Origin: an uncultured Nitrososphaeraceae archaeon
GTDB lineage: Archaea; Thermoproteota; Nitrososphaeria; Nitrososphaerales; Nitrososphaeraceae
Direction of reading: 5' to 3'
NCBI GenBank assembly: GCA_963765895.1
Contig: CAVXZB010000088.1
Location: forward strand, 32,001-96,000
DNA: 64,000 bases
Of the stretch, positions 23,007-33,703 are shown in pieces; position 1 is the stretch's first letter; each line of letters starts with the position of its first letter. The notes beneath the pieces were generated by a model, which ran no database searches, was not told where the DNA came from, and worked only from the letters and a program-made list of their open reading frames with translations. The translations under genes and the position numbers were made by a program.

Positions 23007-24497
23007 TCAGATATACTTGGCGCATCTAAATCCTGAGAATGGTAATCTTTCATGTGGTTTAAAATAATTTCTATAGCTATTCCTAATTTGACTAGCCGAG
23101 GTGGCAAATGATCCACCTCGAAGTACTTTCTGATTTATGGACCATTTATCGGTATACTCACTGAATTTTGATCGAAATCCCGGATAAAGTGTGTACTCCG
23201 AAGATGTCCATTCCCATACATCACCTATCATCTGATGGCAGCCATAGTAGCTGATGCCTTCAGGATACGAGCCAACATTTGAGAGAGTCCAAACATAGGA
23301 TTCCAAGAGGTTTGCGTGAACACCTGGATCAGGTCTATTATCACCCCAGGGATACACTGTCTTCTTCTGCAGATCCTCGTTCCAACATGCAGCTTTCTCC
23401 CACTCGGCTTCAGTTGGAAGCCTCTTGCCGGCCCATGTGGCATAGGCATCTGCCTCATAGTAACTCACATTCACTACAGGTTCATTTGGCTCAATCTCAT
23501 GCACGCCACGAAAATCCTTCTTAGTCCACCTGTTATCTATGTTTATATCATGACTTTCATTGTGTTCCCAATACAGAGGAGCCTCCCAGCCATACTCCTG
23601 TACTTGATCCCATCCATCGGCAAGCCAATATTTATAATTATGATATCCGTCATCGTTTATAAATTTGATATAGTCCATGTTAGTAACAGGAAATACGTCA
23701 ATTTTATACTGCTGAAGATATGTTTTATTTTCAGGAAGCTCGTTATCATAACAAAATCCCTTTCCGTGGAAGCCCAATTCAAATATTCCTTCACCTATAG
23801 TTACCATATCTGATGCTCCGCTGACGCTATCTTTAGTCTTGGCATTTTTATTTTCGTGTATAGATCGAGAAAGTGATTTTTGTTGCTTAGATGGCCTGGA
23901 TTTTACGTTCATTGGCTTATAATTATCTTCAGCGTCTCGAAAGCGTTGGAAATAATGTTGAAAATCATAGATCATTAGTTCCTGATGTTGCATTTCATGC
24001 TGATTTCCCAGTTGTATGTTATACTTTAAATCCTCTAGCATCTCTTTTTCAGTGCCTTGGCTTAATTGTTTTTGTTCCTCTTCTCTAAGAAATGAGATAA
24101 TGCTTTCATCTATTGAAGATCTATAATGCAGCGTCTGTTCAACAGTCGGTCTGGGGAACTTGCCGCGCTCGACTTTCGGGAGAATATTTCCAAATCTCTG
24201 ATAATAAGAGTTCAAGTATTCTAGGTTAATTGGGTGATCAGATGTTTGGGTCAGCGATCTACCATACCTTTCCAATATTTTGTGAAAAAACCAGCTAACA
24301 TGGGCTAAATGCCAATTTGGCGGACTGCCAAAAGTATGAGACTGTATAACCGCATCCTCGATTTTTAATGGTTTGAAGATGTCTAAGGTTCTGTTTCTGA
24401 CTATGATGAAATCTCTAACTAGATCATTTAAGCTAATATTCTCCATCGCATGGGTGGACTCATAGATAGCTTCATTATTTGATCCAATCTGTTTCAT
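23007..24497 (-). CDS. egtB: Ergothioneine biosynthesis sulfoxide synthase (DinB + FGE-sulfatase domains)
   Basis: SPPNWHLAH, LNSYY, HEMQHQEL iron triad, FCYDNE, RLPTEAEWE, GDVWEWT, LRGGS, RN.YRNYF, FSGFR. Confidence 0.92.
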   Translation of the reverse strand: MKQIGSNNEAIYESTHAMENISLNDLVRDFIIVRNRTLDIFKPLKIEDAVIQSHTFGSPPNWHLAHVSWFFHKILERYGRSLTQTSDHPINLEYLNSYYQRFGNILPKVERGKFPRPTVEQTLHYRSSIDESIISFLREEEQKQLSQGTEKEMLEDLKYNIQLGNQHEMQHQELMIYDFQHYFQRFRDAEDNYKPMNVKSRPSKQQKSLSRSIHENKNAKTKDSVSGASDMVTIGEGIFELGFHGKGFCYDNELPENKTYLQQYKIDVFPVTNMDYIKFINDDGYHNYKYWLADGWDQVQEYGWEAPLYWEHNESHDINIDNRWTKKDFRGVHEIEPNEPVVNVSYYEADAYATWAGKRLPTEAEWEKAACWNEDLQKKTVYPWGDNRPDPGVHANLLESYVWTLSNVGSYPEGISYYGCHQMIGDVWEWTSSEYTLYPGFRSKFSEYTDKWSINQKVLRGGSFATSASQIRNSYRNYFKPHERLPFSGFRCAKYI

Positions 24498-24673
24498 TAC
24501 CCCAATAAATGTATTTGAAGTAAATATAATTCATTAGCTGAGAGGGACATATCTATTTAAGAGAATCCGATGAACCGTATGCACCTGCATGATGCACGTT
24601 CTGCTTGCTTTGTATACTATGAAATAATAGTTATTTTATTATAATAGTTTAGATATGATAACTAACTAGAGTT

Positions 24674-25699
24674 TTGATTTTCACCTCATCTCCACAGGTA
24701 CAACTGACAAATGAATTTGCAGCCCATATCGAGGACACTCTAGGAAGACATATTGGTGATAGAGTGAAAAGAACTAATCCGAGATATCTTTATGACAAGT
24801 TAGGGTCACAACTCTTCGAACAAATTTGTATGCAACCAGAATATTACCTGACGAGGGTTGAACTTGAAATATTGAATAACTATTCTGCTGAAATTGCGAA
24901 TTTGTATAAAGATTTTGATAAAATGGCAATGATAGAGCTTGGTAGTGGAAGCTCTACTAAAACTAGGATCCTACTGCAGCAATTTGTGAAAATGCAACAA
25001 ACCAAAAAAATGTATTATTTCCCAGTCGATCTCTCTAGCACGATTTTAGAAGAAACGATCAACAAGCTTCCGAGTGAGTTCCCTAGTATAGATATGTCAG
25101 CAATTCATTCAGATTATATTCAAGGGATCAGGATGGTTGAAGAGGTCATTTCGAATAAAGAAGATAGCAGAATCGGACCCCTTAACAAGCTCATACTTTT
25201 TCTTGGGTCAACCATCGGAAACTTTGAACCAAAAGAAGCATCGGTATTCCTAAAACAGATACGCTCATCAATAGATAATGGGAACAACAATTGCCTCTTA
25301 ATTGGCTTTGATCTCCATAAAGACTCAAAAATTTTGGAGGCCGCATATAATGACAAGAACGGAATTACTGCAAAATTTAATCTGAATATTTTATCTAGAA
25401 TAAATAGAGAGCTAGGAGGAGAATTCGACCTGAATAAATTTAGCCATTCAGCATTTTACGATATTAAGAAGAGAAGGATAGAAATGCATTTGATTTCGAA
25501 AACAGATCAAAATATTAAGATTAATAGCCTTGGAAAAAGAGTCTCACTTAGAAAAGACGAATCAATCCATACTGAAAATTCATACAAGTATTCAATTAGT
25601 CAAATAAGAGAATTGGCCGAGAGTAGTGGTTTTAAAGTGGAAAAAAATTTCCTCGACAAGAGAAGTTGGTTTGATTTAGTTCTTTTATCAGTAAATTAA
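24674..25699 (+). CDS. egtD: L-histidine N-alpha-methyltransferase
   Basis: YLYDKLGSQLFEQIC.QPEYYLTR.E, ELGSGSSTKT, FLGSTIGN, AYND..GITAKFN, RIEMHL, IHTENSYKY. Confidence 0.93.
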   Translation: MIFTSSPQVQLTNEFAAHIEDTLGRHIGDRVKRTNPRYLYDKLGSQLFEQICMQPEYYLTRVELEILNNYSAEIANLYKDFDKMAMIELGSGSSTKTRILLQQFVKMQQTKKMYYFPVDLSSTILEETINKLPSEFPSIDMSAIHSDYIQGIRMVEEVISNKEDSRIGPLNKLILFLGSTIGNFEPKEASVFLKQIRSSIDNGNNNCLLIGFDLHKDSKILEAAYNDKNGITAKFNLNILSRINRELGGEFDLNKFSHSAFYDIKKRRIEMHLISKTDQNIKINSLGKRVSLRKDESIHTENSYKYSISQIRELAESSGFKVEKNFLDKRSWFDLVLLSVN

Positions 25700-25891
25700 A
25701 TTTGCATACTTTATCATGTTTTATGAGCCGAATAATTGAATGGAGCCATAAGTAGTAAAGAGACTCGCCAGATCCAATTTACTTTTAGGTGTAGTAGACG
25801 AAAAAATATTAATTATTGACCGAGTTGGAGGGACATTCTCACGTTGTCACAATATCAAAGTGTTTTCTTCCACCTTGCATATTTTAGCTCT

Positions 25892-25919
25892 TCCTTTCAA
25901 TGCATTATCCTTTCAATGC
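25892..25919. repeat. 12-bp direct repeat x2 (TCCTTTCAATGC)
   Basis: Copies at 25892-25903 and 25908-25919. Confidence 0.8.
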
Positions 25920-25937
25920 GTCTATGACTTAATTGAT

Positions 25938-25991
25938 AGGGGTTTGATGTCTAATTCAAAATTAAGGGGTTTGATGTCTAATTCAAAATTA
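25938..25991. repeat. 27-bp perfect tandem duplication (AGGGGTTTGATGTCTAATTCAAAATTA x2)
   Basis: Two adjacent identical copies read directly from the sequence. Confidence 0.95.
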
Positions 25992-26119
25992 AGAATACAT
26001 AACCATAACAAAAATTTATCTGATACATTAGTCGCATCAGTAACAAACAAGAGGCCTGAAATCACCTGTAAAACATCTTACAACATAGTTCAGAAACAAT
26101 GAGACAGTAAATATCTAAA

Positions 26120-26181
26120 TTCCGAAGGTTAAGCGTTGGTAGCTACCAAACTCCATTTGTTGGAGCGTCCAACCTTCAGAA
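26120..26181 (-). ncRNA. Candidate structured RNA (three-way junction)
   Basis: Minus strand: UUCUGAAGGUUGGACG / CGCUUAACCUUCGGAA outer stem (3 G-U, 1 mismatch) enclosing hairpins CUCCA-ACAAA-UGGAG and UUGGU-AGCU-ACCAA; TATA-like TTTTTATA upstream. Confidence 0.4.
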
Positions 26182-26220
26182 AAGAGATTCTTATAGAGTC
26201 TCTATATCTAATTTAGAGTA

Positions 26221-26241
26221 TGGATATAAAAAGTTTATCCA
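26221..26241 (-). promoter_or_regulatory. TATA-like box (TTTTTATA on minus strand) within a TGGATA..TATCCA inverted repeat
   Basis: tggatataaaaagtttatcca; points toward the structured element at 26120-26181. Confidence 0.35.
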
Positions 26242-26284
26242 ATATTTGCCTATTGAATTTTATCATAGAACTCGCAGCATTTTG

Positions 26285-27223
26285 TTAATATGCTCCCGCG
26301 TTTTGATGATATCTCTCTATCTGAATTGTTGCATGAGTTATTTTGAATTTCTTTTCCAAGACTGAATTTATCTCTTGCAAAATTAGTTGCGACTTGGCAG
26401 GGTCTATTACAACAACATGAGCAGACAGTGCATTCATGCCCGAAGTGATAGTCCATATATGTAGCTCAAACACACCAGTTACACCCCTTATTTGTAGTAC
26501 AGCCTTTTTTACTTCCTCATGGGACATATTGGCCGGAACACCCTCCATAAGTATATCTACAGCCTTTTTAATGATGGACCATGCCCTTGGAATCATAAAT
26601 AATGCCAGTCCAATACTTATTAGCGGATCTGCCAAGTAAAACTTTGTAGTTAGCATTATTATGCCAGCAACTAAAACGCCCCCAGAACCAAGGGTGTCAC
26701 TTAGAGTCTCTAAATATACAGCCCGTACATTCAAATCTTGTATTTCTTCTGTCTCTTGATCACTACTGTAAGGATAAGAGTTATGAGTATGTGGGCGTCC
26801 ATCAAAATGTGATATTAATCGCATTCCAATGAAATTCACCACCATCCCAACTGAGGCAACTATTATGAGAGGAAACCCCGGAACTTCTGGCGGTTCAAAA
26901 ATGCGTTTAAAACCTTCATAGAGAATATATATCGAAAGTAAAACCAGGATAAGACTGTTTAAGAGCGATGCGAGTATTTCCATTCTGTAAAAACCGAATG
27001 TCCTTTGTGGTGTTGCCGATTTTTGGGTGTAGCTAATAGCATACATGGCGAGGGCAATTCCTCCGACGTCAACTAGCACGTGTCCAGCTTCAGAAAATAA
27101 TGCTAAGCTTCCAGTGACCAGGATTGTAAAAGAAGCAGCTATTAAATACACCGAATTAAGAAAAAGCACGATTCTAAGTCTTGCTATTCTTGTTAGCTGA
27201 TCTAGCTTCAAGGGACTATTCAT
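26285..27223 (-). CDS. Cation diffusion facilitator (CzcD/ZitB-like)
   Basis: SLALFSEAGHVLVD, TFGFYRMEILA, NVRAVYLETLSD, ELHIWTITSG, HATIQIE. Confidence 0.92.
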   Translation of the reverse strand: MNSPLKLDQLTRIARLRIVLFLNSVYLIAASFTILVTGSLALFSEAGHVLVDVGGIALAMYAISYTQKSATPQRTFGFYRMEILASLLNSLILVLLSIYILYEGFKRIFEPPEVPGFPLIIVASVGMVVNFIGMRLISHFDGRPHTHNSYPYSSDQETEEIQDLNVRAVYLETLSDTLGSGGVLVAGIIMLTTKFYLADPLISIGLALFMIPRAWSIIKKAVDILMEGVPANMSHEEVKKAVLQIRGVTGVFELHIWTITSGMNALSAHVVVIDPAKSQLILQEINSVLEKKFKITHATIQIERYHQNAGAY

Positions 27224-27229
27224 TTCTAT

Positions 27230-27248
27230 GATTAGATTAGATTAGATT
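27230..27248. repeat. (GATTA)n short pentanucleotide repeat upstream of the CDF gene
   Basis: gattagattagattagatt. Confidence 0.7.
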
Positions 27249-27592
27249 CTATTTAGTTTCTAAATTTGAACATTTTTGTAATTGGACTTAAATTTTGCTA
27301 TCCTTTTGCTCATCGTCGTTGAGTCGTGATTAGTTATCACATTTTTCTTTATATTGTTCCAATAACGTGTATTTATCATGTGATTCGTATTTACCTATAT
27401 ATTGATAGATAGACATAAAAGTATATTTGGAAGTATCTTTAGGTTCTTCATCTCTTTTATACTGAAAGTCTACTATGGGATCACGAATAGTGCAAAAATA
27501 AGATAAGATTTTTTCGTGTGATAACAAACATGGTAGAAACCCATGTAAAGCTATTGTTATGGGAGCACTGGCCCATCGATTAACAATTCAGC

Positions 27593-28120
27593 CTACGGCT
27601 GAATTGTTTGTCCAAGGTTAAGTTTTACATTCAGGGGATTGGAGAAATTTGCACTCTTTGACGAATCTGTAAACATCACCGAGGCAGTAATATTCTTTAT
27701 TCTACTGTCCGTTAGAGTAGTTGCAAGCTGTGCTTTGCCGCCCGTGGCGTTAATTTTCAGGCCCCCAGGAAATGAAGTAGTCTTCAAAATAGTTCCATTA
27801 AGTGCAAAGACCTTCATCATTGCATTTTGCGCCATGTTTATTGTGCTAGTTGACGGCATCACAGAATAAAGTACAATTACCTTAACCTGGTGTGACTTGC
27901 TATTGTTGGTCAGCGGCACGAAATGTGCATAATTCAATTTTATAGATATTGGCTTAGCTTGGCCGACGGCAAATACCACATGGTCGACTGAACTACTGCC
28001 TTCAAGTTTCAATGGGTATGACAACAGTGCAGATGAAACGAGAGACATGACCGTCAGAGCTACAATTAGTTTGACAATTATGAGTATTTTCCTATTTCTT
28101 ACGCCAGCATTTGGATCCAT
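27593..28120 (-). CDS. Exported hypothetical protein
   Basis: N-terminal signal/TM helix; Ser/Thr/Asn-rich beta-type mature domain. Confidence 0.75.
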   Translation of the reverse strand: MDPNAGVRNRKILIIVKLIVALTVMSLVSSALLSYPLKLEGSSSVDHVVFAVGQAKPISIKLNYAHFVPLTNNSKSHQVKVIVLYSVMPSTSTINMAQNAMMKVFALNGTILKTTSFPGGLKINATGGKAQLATTLTDSRIKNITASVMFTDSSKSANFSNPLNVKLNLGQTIQP

Positions 28121-28733
28121 TCTAATTGTTAGAAGATCCAGAAATATATTAAATTAGCTAATGATGCCCAGACAGGTTTTTGTCGAAAAATAATTCATCA
28201 TCCGTCCTCTCAGATTTTGATCTATCTTGTCTGATATCAAGGCTCACTCGGGTATGAACCTAAACCGTTGATCTAGAGATGATTGTGCCTTTATCTGGTG
28301 CTTAACTAACAGTATTTCAAATATTGGTATGTCCTGTTTGTCATTGTCATGAGGTTTCAACTATTTTATTTCCTGATTAAAAAGAATGAGTGAATATTTT
28401 ATACAAACTGATGAATTAGATAAGCATTCTTTTCGGTCAGAATTGGTAAGAAACGCAACTTAAAATGTAACTAGCTGAAAAATGTAATACTAATTGAATA
28501 TAACATGATACTTTAAGTGACATTAGAATTGTCTAGTCGACGGTAACATAATAGCGTATTTTCTATATAATTCATCATATCTTATAGAAGTTTTATAAAC
28601 TGAAAAAATGTTGTTCATAATTTCGTATATTATCGAATAGAATAGAAAAGTCTCACATTTCTTATATATGAGATATATGTAGCTACACATGTAGCTAGAA
28701 TTTGTTAAACAAAAATTTTTACAGTATTTTTCT

Positions 28734-29765
28734 ATGAAAGCTACTCCTATCTTAACTTACTTTTTAATTAGTATGCCCTCAGATTTAAGTGGGACGATCG
28801 ATACCAAGCCTCATGTCGGATATCCCTCCAATGTTAGCAATAATACTAGTTCAGTTCGCATGACAGATATGGCTACCGGAGAAGATCCTTCTGTAAACCA
28901 ACTGCTGTACTGGGGACCGCTACATCCTATCTAAAGTCTACAGATGATTGATAGTAATTTAGAGTTTTACGATAGATTCAGAATATTAGAAACATACCCC
29001 CATTAATATAATGGTGAAAAACTGTATATGAATACGACCGAATCAAATCACGATCCCAATTTGAAATTGCTCACGATGAATAATTTGATAAGAAATCAGC
29101 TTTGACAAATAATGGAAATGGATCGTAGAAAGAACGATCACCTCAGGTTATACTGGACATATTAGCATCTGGAGGCTATAGTAAAAAAAGGATCAGTACG
29201 TTTAATCAAACTGAATTGTCTTTAAAAGACTATATGCATTCTCCGAAGGACTAGAGGAACGTAGAAATGACAGGCTTTCTTAAACACAAGAAAGGGAAGG
29301 TGAGAAGAAGGACGATCCTGATGAACTTCCATATATGCAAGACTTGGAGATCAGGAGACCTCAGACAGGGGATATGGAAGGTCTGCACATAGAGGATAAC
29401 TGTTATTTAATGCCGATAGTAGATTCGCAAAAGAACAGTATTTTGTAAAATATGATTTTTCAGACACGAAAGTGAATGTTACTTCCAACTCTGAAAGACA
29501 CATGGATCGGATTCAAGTTTGTTGTATACAATCTTCCTCATTCAAAAATGGAAGTATATTTGTGAAGATGAAAAACTGGATTAATCAAAACGCCGACAGT
29601 ATAACTTGGAAAAAGGTCGACGAGAAGATAGACAATGGTAGAGGGGGTACCAAATCCAACATTGCGTGGGCTTACATGATGAGATTATCATTTGTAGAAT
29701 GCTAAGAGTGGTATTTAGATAGGACAATTCAAAGGATGCAGCTATAAAAAAAATTAGCGACAGAA
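28734..29765 (+). pseudogene. Decayed paralog of the exported protein at 31326-32309
   Basis: Fragments DRFRILETYP, KLYMN, PKD*RNVEMTG, WIGFKFVVYN, VKMKNW, WKKVDEKIDNG match DKFGIKEIYT, EWYVN, PWKNVEITG, WIGWKVVIYN, VKMESY, WKKVTGFVDNG. Confidence 0.75.
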
Positions 29766-30050
29766 AAATTCGAATTGACTGGTTGTTCTGTACGTTAGCA
29801 ATACTTTTGTGAAAATGACATCTCAGTGACTAAGATATGAATAAGCCCTATCACAGGTAAGCAAAAAAAGACCTCCGTTTATTAAAATATTTTTGGTTTT
29901 GGAATTGGGATAAATAGACTGTGGCGGGATGTAGACTACTAAAAGTATTTGGAAAATAGAATTATCGTAACTGAATATGGATTCTGTTATGATTTACAAG
30001 TAACTCCTTCTCAAGCTAAACAAAATTTGAATCATGATCATCTGGATAAT

Positions 30051-30923
30051 TTAAACATACTTCTTTAGGAACGACAATGTTTTTTGCCAAGCGTCCGCAG
30101 TTTCCTTGTGGGCATAATTCTGGTTAGAAGGGTTGGCAAAAGCATGACCTAATCCCCTGTAAATAAGAATATCGTTGTTTATTTTATTAGCATCTAAAGC
30201 CGCTTTAAATTTATTTATCAATGGCAGGGGATTTGCTTGATCTTTGTCTCCAAATATTCCTAGTACCGGCCATTTAATTTTTGAAAGTTGCTGAGCGTCA
30301 GTAATTAACGGCGTACCATAGTACAGGATCGTAGCGACTAGAGGATGATTCTGACTATTCAATGCCAACTGCAACGATTGTCCTCCACCAAAGCACCATC
30401 CTATTGATGCAATTTTAGATGAGTCCACAAATGGAAGAGAGCTAACATATTTTACAGCTGATTGTAAATTAGTAATAGCTTCCGCTGGGTTATTTCGGAC
30501 AGAAGTAGATAAAAGTCTAGCTTGATCATTGTTTGTAGCCATTTGACCTTTGAATAAATCTACAGCCAGCACGACATATCCTTGTCTTGCTAGCGTATTT
30601 GCCGTATCTTTAATATAGGCATTTAATCCACGATTTTCATGTATCATAATAATTCCAGGGGTTTTCTTGTTAGCAAGGTTAACAGAACTAGGGTACACTA
30701 GATATCCAGATGAACTATCGAAATAATTGACCGATTTCTTCGTTTCCAAACCCTGGTCACTGGTTGCACTGGTACTGTTAGAATATAATGCAGATATTGC
30801 GGCAGCATTGGTCTGAGCGAAGGCAGAAGGTAGTGCTTTATAACTGACGATTGCTGTAGAGAGTAGAATAGTTGTTAAGAAGACGTAGTAAAGCGTGAAC
30901 GATATCGGGACACTTTTTATCAT
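30051..30923 (-). CDS. Exported dienelactone hydrolase family protein
   Basis: IHENRGLN, VLAVDLF, IGWCFGG nucleophile elbow, GDKD, GHAFAN; signal peptide. Confidence 0.9.
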   Translation of the reverse strand: MIKSVPISFTLYYVFLTTILLSTAIVSYKALPSAFAQTNAAAISALYSNSTSATSDQGLETKKSVNYFDSSSGYLVYPSSVNLANKKTPGIIMIHENRGLNAYIKDTANTLARQGYVVLAVDLFKGQMATNNDQARLLSTSVRNNPAEAITNLQSAVKYVSSLPFVDSSKIASIGWCFGGGQSLQLALNSQNHPLVATILYYGTPLITDAQQLSKIKWPVLGIFGDKDQANPLPLINKFKAALDANKINNDILIYRGLGHAFANPSNQNYAHKETADAWQKTLSFLKKYV

Positions 30924-31325
30924 TACTCCTTATTACGAGATTTACTATATAACACTATTTCTGGGTTCTTCATGGATTTATTTTCATAGATTTTCAATAG
31001 ATAGAAGGAGATACAATTCTTCTGACAAATATGCTATAGAAGTCCGCATCCTAGATATGTAATATCCAGGTAATCTGTTCCTCATGCGTATTGTTGCAGG
31101 GACTTGTCTTAAATATTACATGTGATCAGTTATGGGAGCAAGAATTCGTGATTACTAGATCATCCTAAATTGAAGGATTGTTCGCTGGTGTATATCCCAG
31201 ATTGACTATTGAATGGTACATTCAGAAAAAGATTCCAAATATGATTAGCAAAATACCAATTTAGAACTGAAAAGAAAACCATCAAGAATTTTTATATTAG
31301 GTAGAATCAAAGAGGAAGATGATTT

Positions 31326-32309
31326 ATGCTTTTCATACATACGATTGTCATTACCTCCATAATTGCTTCATTTTTTGCAGTCTCAATGCTATATTATGAT
31401 GATCAGCTACAGCATTTAATATCACTTCCCCCGTTAGATGTACAATTTGTCTTAGCCGAGGAGAAAATGTCTTCGCCTATTGCGCACATATCTAATAATA
31501 GTACTAATAAAACCACAATGGTGGACAAATTTGGTATAAAGGAAATTTATACTACTAAACAGCATGGTAGAGAATGGTATGTTAATATGACTAATCCCAA
31601 GAATGATACTATGCTTTCTTTCACGTTTGACGCTCCGATCAATAAAGAGAAAGACGGTTCTTGGCAGATAACTAATCCCAAGGTCAGGATGAACGTTGAA
31701 ACACCTACAGGAATGCAGCCGTGGAAGAATGTGGAGATCACGGGATACGCCAAAGTAATATCAGTAAAGTCGTCGAAGAACAATAGTGACAATAATAAAA
31801 GCAATTCATCAAATCAAGATTACAGTCAAACTCTAGACGACATTGCTTGGTATGCAAGAAGTGGGAGACACAATAGTGAAACACCATGTGAGGGTACGGC
31901 ACTTATAGGGGGCATCCATACCGACGGTAGTGTGGGATGGAAAAAAAGCATCTGGTTCACTGGCGGGTACACAGATGAAAGAGCGCTAAATCAGGCTGCA
32001 AAGCCATTACTAGGTAGATGGATTGGTTGGAAAGTGGTTATATACAATATCGATAATGATACGGTAAAAATGGAATCTTACCTTGATGATGAAAATAACA
32101 ATCAATGGAAGAAAGTTACTGGCTTCGTGGACAATGGCGGATGGTATGCCAACACTGATGACGTTACCTTCTTTAGTGCAGGTTGTGGGAAACCGAAAGA
32201 CTATGTAATTACAAATCCCGGAGACTTGGTAACGTTCAGAACAGATAATATAATTTGGGATTTCAAAAATCTGAGTGTTAGAGAAATAAGATCTCCATAT
32301 CCAATTTAG
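31326..32309 (+). CDS. Exported Trp-rich beta-sandwich-like hypothetical protein
   Basis: N-terminal TM helix; DKFGIKEIY, WKNVEITGY, RSGRH, CEGT, WIGWK, FRTD, LSVREI. Confidence 0.8.
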   Translation: MLFIHTIVITSIIASFFAVSMLYYDDQLQHLISLPPLDVQFVLAEEKMSSPIAHISNNSTNKTTMVDKFGIKEIYTTKQHGREWYVNMTNPKNDTMLSFTFDAPINKEKDGSWQITNPKVRMNVETPTGMQPWKNVEITGYAKVISVKSSKNNSDNNKSNSSNQDYSQTLDDIAWYARSGRHNSETPCEGTALIGGIHTDGSVGWKKSIWFTGGYTDERALNQAAKPLLGRWIGWKVVIYNIDNDTVKMESYLDDENNNQWKKVTGFVDNGGWYANTDDVTFFSAGCGKPKDYVITNPGDLVTFRTDNIIWDFKNLSVREIRSPYPI

Positions 32310-33232
32310 CATTAGATGATATGATATTTGTTCGATAGCCTTAATGACCCAATAAGGATATTTTTTTACGTCGCAGATGTGATCAATATTTGAGTACGTT
32401 AGATTGCGAGAGTTTCCTGGGTTCGCATTCAGCCGATTGATTTCTTTAAATTCTGGAAAATATTTTATGAAGGGTATTATCTAATCTTAGCCGTGTGTAC
32501 TAGAATTGATGGGTCATAATGTCTAACACGATGACTACCGTACGCAACTTGATGCCATAATTGGAACAAAACCTAAACAACACAATTGCTAACTATATAC
32601 AGGTAGATAAATAGCTGGAAAAATAATGTAATAAATATTAAAACCAAGCCTAGCATTGTCCGGCCAAGGGAATCTAGTATATAGAGATATATTATATGGA
32701 TGTAACCGTTTTACTGATTGTACTAGTATAAATTAAGAATCATAAGTATTGTAGGACATGCTAGATTAAAAATGAGATCCGATCGTAATAATTTCGATCA
32801 ATAGTTCGAGATACTATATATTTTCTAAAAAATGAATTAGCAGCCTCCTATCACACTGAAAATCACGTGACATCTAAGATGCATATAAAATATGCCAACT
32901 TCAGATAACTCGATATACATTATATCCCGGATGAAATCAAACTATTTCGAACTGGATGATGGGTTTGTAAGGGAAATATGGAGTGGAGTGCAGGGAGTCC
33001 TGGCATATTCGAACGATTAAACTATAAATTCTATAACAATTCAGGTTAATATTTTAATAGCTTCCTCTAATCAAATATAACAAGTAAGAAAATAACCGAG
33101 TCTCTATGTTTTCTTATTCACTCCCTTGAAATATTTATTTAAATCATATGCAGATAAGGCTCCATCATACAGGCAATGAACCATGAATACTACCCAAAAT
33201 CGAAGGCTATTAACAGGTTATAAATAACAAAT

Positions 33233-33703
33233 TTATGAAACGAAAATGTCTGTAGGCGAGATATGCCTATGACTTTGACTACCGGCATGACCACTATTGC
33301 TATGATTGTGATCATGCTCGGTACCAAAATTTGAATTAGAGGAACCAACACCACTAGCAAATACAATATTATAGCAATTATCAACCTCTTCTCTACTCGG
33401 CTCTCCATTAGTTCCACCAGTATGACCGGTCTTCTTAATGCATTTAAAAAATTGGTTAACATGATGGTCTAATTCTCCGTTTCCGGAATTTAATGCTATT
33501 AAAGGCACTGCGCCCCCGTGGCCTTCTGAGCTCCCTATTACTTCACTTTTCGCATTCGCTATAAAGTACGCGGCATATGGGGTAAGCACGTATGCATTTG
33601 TCCATCCAGCTATAATTAACACCATTGATATTAGTATCGATACAAAGACAAAAGTGACTGAACGGTGCGGTGTATATCCATAATTACAAGTAATATTAGT
33701 CAT
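33233..33703 (-). CDS. Exported hypothetical protein with two-Cys motif and His-rich tail
   Basis: TM helix; FFKCI...EEVDNCYNIVF; HDHNH..H..H tail. Confidence 0.65.
   Translation of the reverse strand: MTNITCNYGYTPHRSVTFVFVSILISMVLIIAGWTNAYVLTPYAAYFIANAKSEVIGSSEGHGGAVPLIALNSGNGELDHHVNQFFKCIKKTGHTGGTNGEPSREEVDNCYNIVFASGVGSSNSNFGTEHDHNHSNSGHAGSQSHRHISPTDIFVS

Noticed and set aside
25892-25919. CRISPR remnant (reverse complement contains GCATTGAAAG, like CRISPR repeat ends)
   Set aside because: Only two 12-bp copies 4 nt apart, with no spacer-length interval or leader.
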